From IMG/VR virus record IMGVR_UViG_3300022217_000109, positions 1 to 29,814 of that record: a stretch of 29,814 nucleotides of DNA; one strand, written 5' to 3'. The first letter of the stretch is position 1. Each line of letters opens with the position of its first letter. Below the pieces are notes generated by a model. It saw nothing but the letters and a program-made list of their open reading frames with translations, was not told the DNA's origin and did no database searches. Below, piece by piece: positions 25,825 through 29,814 of this stretch. The position numbers and the translations under genes were made by a program. The stretch is from a virus. Taxonomy: Duplodnaviria > Caudoviricetes.

Positions 25825-25862
25825 CCCTCCTCTCCCTTCTCTATCGCCTCTCGTATATCCAT
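25821..25862 (-). pseudogene. 13-codon micro-ORF MDIREAIEKGEEG, probable deletion scar
   Basis: Strong SD AAGGAGG, ATG, ends in the shared GEEG tail, ATGA overlap with the next gene. Confidence 0.4.
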
Positions 25863-25863
25863 G

Positions 25864-26091
25864 TCAGTCCTCCTTATTTGTGCGAACTATCGGAAATTCA
25901 ATAGTCATATTAGGCTCAACAAGTTGATACCCTCCACACTTGGAACATGGAGGATTCCACTTTAACCTTCTATCATGTGGCACAGCATCCCTCGGAAATG
26001 ATTCAGGGTCTTCCCATTCACCATATACCTGTGCCTGATTAATAGTGAAGCATCTAGGGCATCTCCAGAATACATCAGTCACTATTCCCAT
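25864..26091 (-). CDS. 75-aa zinc-ribbon protein
   Basis: CPRC...CSKCG; start moved to ATG 26091 after the repeat. Confidence 0.6.
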   Translation of the reverse strand: MGIVTDVFWRCPRCFTINQAQVYGEWEDPESFPRDAVPHDRRLKWNPPCSKCGGYQLVEPNMTIEFPIVRTNKED

Positions 26092-26095
26092 CTCC

Positions 26096-26131
26096 CTATC
26101 ACTCCTCTCCCTCGTGGTCTTTGCGATGTGT
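26096..26131. repeat. Gene-boundary repeat copy B
   Basis: ctatcactcctctccctcgtggtctttgcgatgtgt. Confidence 0.9.
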
Positions 26132-26602
26132 AAAATGTGCATCGGCCTTCCTTGCCAATATACTGTATATATCATCAAGCGTTATGCGTGTCTGTATCGG
26201 CTTACGTGCTGCGTTATCAAACCTGTTTAATGCCACCATTTCAGGGAGCCACGGGTGATTGTGGAAATAGAATATCTTTTGCTTTTTGCGCATCTCCCCT
26301 GACAAATAAGCCTTAAATCTCATGTGCTGCTCAACCAATAGAAGTGTCTTTGCTGTGCAATGGTCTGCCAGTATATTCACGCCTATCTTGTCATGCCCCA
26401 GACTGTTCTCCTGCTTGCCAACATCGTGCATAAGGGCTGCTATAATTAAATCAATATCGCTAGTGTCTCGACACGCTGCCTTAAAGCACTGGATACTGTG
26501 CTCAAATACATTACCCTCTGGATGATAGCGTAAGTCCTGTGTTGTCTCCTTAAGGGGTTGTAACAGCTCATACAAAAGGGCTATATTTGTTTTATCTACC
26601 AT
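26099..26602 (-). CDS. HD-domain phosphohydrolase, like the HD domain of multifunctional CCA enzymes
   Basis: QDLRYHPEGNVFEHS, AALMHDVGK, GHDKIG, VEQHM, RFDNAAR; probable start MVDK at 26602 (SD GGAG). Confidence 0.85.
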   Translation of the reverse strand: MVDKTNIALLYELLQPLKETTQDLRYHPEGNVFEHSIQCFKAACRDTSDIDLIIAALMHDVGKQENSLGHDKIGVNILADHCTAKTLLLVEQHMRFKAYLSGEMRKKQKIFYFHNHPWLPEMVALNRFDNAARKPIQTRITLDDIYSILARKADAHFTHRKDHEGEE

Positions 26603-27533
26603 AACAGTCTCCGATATATTCAATTATCTTTTTATCCCAAAACTTCCTATCTGCCTTTAAGGGGTATGTGCTTTTCTCTGATAACTCTTCAAGCTCAGTC
26701 ATAAGGTTGTCCAAATATGGGCCTACCTCGTTGGCAAAATGGAGGTTCCCTGACTTTACGCTCTTGAGGAAATCAGCCTGCGGTAATGGAAAATAGATGG
26801 TGCCATTCTCAAGAATGCTCTTTACCTGATAAGCTGCCCTGATAGCATGTGATACTGCTTTCCAATCAATGCCCTCGTTAGCTGCTGCCTGCCTTGCCCT
26901 CTCGCCGTATGAGTCATGGAACTTCTTGACAACACCAATGGCATAGACAAATTTTGCCGTTTCGCCAATCTTACGCCCACATACCTGATACATGCGCACC
27001 CCGTTGGCATCAGGCAGGAGTTTGTGTATGTGCTCACCTTCTGGCAAGCTGTCCCATAAACTGCCAAGTGTGCCCTCTGAGTTAACAGTATAAAAAAAGT
27101 CAAGCACCCTCTTAGCATCGTTAAGCCTACTACCTTTTATCCCATACTTAGCGGCCTGTTTTCTGGCATAGCCCACAAAAGCCTTGAGGTTTTTGGTGTA
27201 GAAATGCTCCCTGTGTGCCACAATATCATCCCATATGGCTGAGCCTGTCAGTATCATGTCCAAGGGTGCATGGAGCATATCAAGGGCAACTGTCTCACCT
27301 TCACAGGCAAGATGGATAAAGTAGTGTAGTGTGTATATTTCAGTATCCACATCATCGGCAGAGTTCTTACTGTGGCTATTACCTGTGCTCTGATTGTTAC
27401 TCTTGCCCACCTTATTCAAGAGGATGTCCGACCATTCAGGCATAAACACCCCCTTATAGTCTGTATCGGATTCAGGCGTATCAGTCCCGTAAAGGTGAGA
27501 GCCAAATATCATTTTAACTATTGTTTCCTTCAT
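26592..27533 (-). CDS. Pol-beta superfamily nucleotidyltransferase (RlaP/YcgL-like)
   Basis: FGSHLYGTDTPESDTDYKGVF (GS-x10-DxD), ALDML, FVGYARKQAAKY, DWKAVSHAIR, LKSVKSG. Confidence 0.88.
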   Translation of the reverse strand: MKETIVKMIFGSHLYGTDTPESDTDYKGVFMPEWSDILLNKVGKSNNQSTGNSHSKNSADDVDTEIYTLHYFIHLACEGETVALDMLHAPLDMILTGSAIWDDIVAHREHFYTKNLKAFVGYARKQAAKYGIKGSRLNDAKRVLDFFYTVNSEGTLGSLWDSLPEGEHIHKLLPDANGVRMYQVCGRKIGETAKFVYAIGVVKKFHDSYGERARQAAANEGIDWKAVSHAIRAAYQVKSILENGTIYFPLPQADFLKSVKSGNLHFANEVGPYLDNLMTELEELSEKSTYPLKADRKFWDKKIIEYIGDCYGR

Positions 27534-27562
27534 CACTCCCCTCCCTCGTGGTCTTTGCGATG
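27532..27562. repeat. Gene-boundary repeat copy C
   Basis: atcactcccctccctcgtggtctttgcgatg; 30/31 identical to 26098..26128. Confidence 0.9.
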
Positions 27563-27820
27563 CCTTGCCAATGCGTCAAGCCCTTTACTGGTTATCCCGT
27601 ATGAGGTGGTAGGATACTTGCCCCCATTCTTCGCTATCCAATCCCTGCCAGCTATGGCCCAAAATGTATTAGTGTTCACCTTCTCGGTATTTCCCCCCTT
27701 ACCGCATCCATTCTCCTGTAGCCAATGCCTTGTATGATTAAAGCCATTTGTAGAGCACAAGGCCCACCCATGCTTCATGAGTAACAACACCTGTTTTTGC
27801 CTAAGTGTAGGCTCCATCAC
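27533..27820 (-). CDS. Winged-helix-like hypothetical protein, ends HRKDHEGGE
   Basis: TLRQKQVLLLMKHG...YGITSKGLDAL pattern. Confidence 0.6.
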   Translation of the reverse strand: MMEPTLRQKQVLLLMKHGWALCSTNGFNHTRHWLQENGCGKGGNTEKVNTNTFWAIAGRDWIAKNGGKYPTTSYGITSKGLDALARHRKDHEGGE

Positions 27821-28101
27821 TCCCCTCCCTTCTTATCGCTTGCTTTGCGCTCATAAAATCTGCAATCTTCATTATCATACTGTGTAGGCTTTCCATGAGC
27901 ATGTGCTAGCTTCCATCTCGGATTATCGTTGCCTTCCATGCAATCCCATTTACAGGTAGGACAATCCTTAATTACACCCCTCCCCTCCATAAACTCCCGC
28001 AGTGCGGGGTATAGGCATTCCGGCTCTGGGCCCTCCCTATGAAAAAAGAATGGGCAAAACTCGGCATCATCTCTTATCGGACACTTATCTGAGCACATCA
28101 T
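27817..28101 (-). CDS. Cys-rich hypothetical protein
   Basis: Multiple Cys pairs; ends RKASDKKGGE (degenerate repeat). Confidence 0.55.
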   Translation of the reverse strand: MMCSDKCPIRDDAEFCPFFFHREGPEPECLYPALREFMEGRGVIKDCPTCKWDCMEGNDNPRWKLAHAHGKPTQYDNEDCRFYERKASDKKGGE

Positions 28102-28102
28102 A

Positions 28103-28981
28103 TCATCCCTCCAGTTTGCCCTGGATTCGGGCTATCTCGGTTTCTGCTGCTTTCACTCGCCTCTCGCTTGTCGGCCTCGGCTTAAACTTTAGTTCATCTT
28201 TTGCGTTTTGCAATTCATCCTTCGCTGTGCTTAGATCGGCGAGGAGCTTTGTCTTGCTTTCCTTGGCCCGCTCAGGCTCAATAAATTCAATCTCTGGCTC
28301 TTTCCAATCTTGCCAGTAATTTTTTATCAGAAATCTCTCAGGGTCTTTAGCAAAATTGCTGCGGGCCTTCTGAGATTTAGAGTAGTTTTTTGAACACTCT
28401 ATTAGAAGGGGCCATTCCTCCTCTTTGAATTTCAGGAAGTTTTTATATGCCTCTGGCTTGCCTCTTTTCTTTCCATTCCTGGACGGGTAAATTTTCCAGA
28501 ATTTTTCAAACTCATCATTGTATTTAAGTCTTTCCCCTTCCCTTCCTTTACCATGGTAGTATTCATACTCTAAGACTACACTACCTTCCAAGTAGAAAAA
28601 CTCATTATACTTTTCTATAAATATATCAATAAAATCATGCCCTTCTGGTATTTTTTTAAGGTCGGTTACTATACTTGATGAGATTGTTGGCGCAATGCGG
28701 TTTTTCTTGGCATATTGATGTCTGACATGATTAGTTACAAACACTATTTCAAGCTCATAATCGTACAGGACTTTAGGCTCAAGTTCTTTTAGTGCTGGCT
28801 TAACTTTATCTATAGCCATGCCAGTTTCAAACACTATAATGTCAAGCCCAATAGGGTAGGCTCCAGACCTATTTTTATGGGGACTGGTAAAGAGGTAGGC
28901 AAAGAGATAGCGGGCGTGTGTAGAACGCTTGCGCAGCCAGGGGTCAGACCAAAATGCGCTATCAAAGTCAGTCATTGCCAT
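28103..28981 (-). CDS. Phage replication initiator/replisome organiser-like protein
   Basis: N-terminal FWSDP...RYLFAYLFTSPH...IVFETG wHTH-like region; C-terminal FEKFWKIYP...GKPEAYK...DPERFL. Confidence 0.75.
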   Translation of the reverse strand: MAMTDFDSAFWSDPWLRKRSTHARYLFAYLFTSPHKNRSGAYPIGLDIIVFETGMAIDKVKPALKELEPKVLYDYELEIVFVTNHVRHQYAKKNRIAPTISSSIVTDLKKIPEGHDFIDIFIEKYNEFFYLEGSVVLEYEYYHGKGREGERLKYNDEFEKFWKIYPSRNGKKRGKPEAYKNFLKFKEEEWPLLIECSKNYSKSQKARSNFAKDPERFLIKNYWQDWKEPEIEFIEPERAKESKTKLLADLSTAKDELQNAKDELKFKPRPTSERRVKAAETEIARIQGKLEG

Positions 28982-29013
28982 TATACGGCCTCCTTTATAT
29001 ACCCTCGGTGCAT
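28981..29013 (-). pseudogene. 10-codon micro-ORF MHRGYIKEAV, possible remnant of a replaced replication gene
   Basis: Upstream AAGGAG; TAATG-coupled to the replication gene. Confidence 0.35.
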
Positions 29014-29028
29014 TAGTCTATTGACTCC

Positions 29029-29181
29029 TTATATCTCAGCGGCCATACCGCATTCAGGGCAGAATGCCCACCTCCAAGTAAACCACTTACCATGTGTTTT
29101 ACTGATAGGCTTGAATTGAGCCATCATTATCCATATATGTCTATTGGGACACTTATATCTTACAGGTGCTTTAAAATACAT
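29029..29181 (-). CDS. 50-aa zinc-ribbon mini-protein
   Basis: MYFKAPVRYKCPNRH...FCPECG; SD GGAGG. Confidence 0.6.
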   Translation of the reverse strand: MYFKAPVRYKCPNRHIWIMMAQFKPISKTHGKWFTWRWAFCPECGMAAEI

Positions 29182-29195
29182 CTCTCATCCCTCCA

Positions 29196-29426
29196 TTACA
29201 GTCCCCATTTTATAAGTTTCCACTGGCGAACTTCCTTGCCGAGCCATATTTGAGCTGATATATCATGTGCGATCCAGGGCCATAGCCTTACCCCGTGCCA
29301 CTCCCTGAATACCGTTTCTAGGAAAAGCCTAGCGTAGTTCCAGTAAAACCAGCCGATATAAAATATCCACTTATACCAGAAGGTGCGCTTGGGCTTTTCG
29401 TCCCTGTATTGGATTATCGTTGCCAT
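29196..29426 (-). CDS. Trp-rich hypothetical protein
   Basis: 76 aa, aromatic-rich, possibly membrane-associated. Confidence 0.5.
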   Translation of the reverse strand: MATIIQYRDEKPKRTFWYKWIFYIGWFYWNYARLFLETVFREWHGVRLWPWIAHDISAQIWLGKEVRQWKLIKWGL

Positions 29427-29429
29427 ACT

Positions 29430-29685
29430 ATCCCTACTTGGTTATGGGGTTTGCTATGCACACCATCTCGCAAAGTCAATCTTCCCCGTCTTTAGTATCT
29501 CACTAGCCATAGCTGACAACTCATCGTTGCCGTAGGTGGCACAGTGCTGAATAAAGGCTATATGTAGAGTATCCTCTAGAGAGTGTGCTGTCTCATCATT
29601 CCATCTATTTTCCTCTATCTCTTTAACTCTCCGCTGTATCTCTTTTAAGTCCATCTCTCATCCCTCCTTGGTTATGGGGTTTGCT
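29430..29685. repeat. 26-bp direct repeat pair (29430..29455 and 29660..29685) flanking one gene
   Basis: atccct(a/c)cttggttatggggtttgct, 25/26 identical. Confidence 0.88.
29454..29654 (-). CDS. Small phage protein (DExAHxxEDxL...FxRWCA type)
   Basis: 66 aa, SD AAGGAGG, pattern typical of phage mini-genes. Confidence 0.7.
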   Translation of the reverse strand: MDLKEIQRRVKEIEENRWNDETAHSLEDTLHIAFIQHCATYGNDELSAMASEILKTGKIDFARWCA

Positions 29686-29814
29686 GTATTGTAAACTCAG
29701 CCTCTACTGCATTTAAGAAGTCTTCTTTGTGTTGATTATAAGCAGCATCCCTCGCAGCATCCCTCGCAGCATCCCTCGCAGCAGCCCACGCAGCATCCCT
29801 CGCAGCATCCCACG
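29672..29814 (-). CDS. Partial gene (3' end) with (W/R)DAA tetrapeptide repeats
   Basis: WDAARDAAWAAARDAARDAARDAAYNQHKEDFLNAVEAEFTIQQTP*. Confidence 0.7.
   Translation of the reverse strand, partial: WDAARDAAWAAARDAARDAARDAAYNQHKEDFLNAVEAEFTIQQTP
29742..29814. repeat. 12-bp coding tandem repeat (gcagcatccctc, about 6 units visible)
   Basis: Direct reading; encodes RDAA/WDAA units. Confidence 0.9.

Noticed and set aside
24615-26178. ORF-track N-terminal extensions (starts at 24689, 25553, 26178) and ORF 24699..24893
   Set aside because: They overlap better-supported genes; the shared HIAKTTRER peptide in two of them is only the boundary repeat read in another frame
25471-27562. Repeats as a CRISPR array or integron attC sites
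   Set aside because: Spacing is 625 and 1434 bp with whole genes between; the repeats are not palindromic and lack GTTRRRY/RYYYAAC ends; no cas or intI gene
3965-27985. KOPS (GGGNAGGG) polarised toward the dif-like site
   Set aside because: Copies seen at 3965, 16909 and 27978 point toward it but those at 6046, 6472 and 17980 point away, so no polarity in this non-exhaustive scan
88-29119. Many plus-strand ORFs (e.g. 2157..2942, 3260..4135, 13719..14396, 16895..17602, 23859..24692)
   Set aside because: Antisense shadows of coupled minus-strand genes; Ser/Pro/Leu-rich, no recognisable motifs

Overview
The window is a contiguous piece of a tailed dsDNA phage (or prophage) genome with podovirus-like (P22/SU10-type) gene order; essentially all real genes are on the minus strand. 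Read right to left it has: an early/accessory region of tightly coupled small ORFs (replication initiator, RlaP/YcgL-like nucleotidyltransferase plus HD hydrolase, RusA-like resolvase, YopX, many Cys-rich mini-proteins); terS; an NAD-dependent sugar epimerase/dehydratase; terL, portal, scaffold, major capsid and two probable decoration proteins; three glycosyltransferases; adaptor and nozzle; two receptor-binding proteins sharing an N-terminal anchor; a GNAT protein; ejection proteins; and a partial WapA/RHS-like protein. The most notable signals are (1) a XerC/XerD dif-like site between terS and terL, close to a local GC-skew switch, (2) 22-36 bp direct repeats that give unrelated early genes the same C-terminus (HRKDHEG(E/G)E) and bracket gene cassettes, including the NTase-HD pair, (3) a sugar-modification pathway inside the virion module, and (4) a compact three-way-junction RNA overlapping a structural gene RBS. 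All family calls come from motif recognition and gene order; no database search was run.
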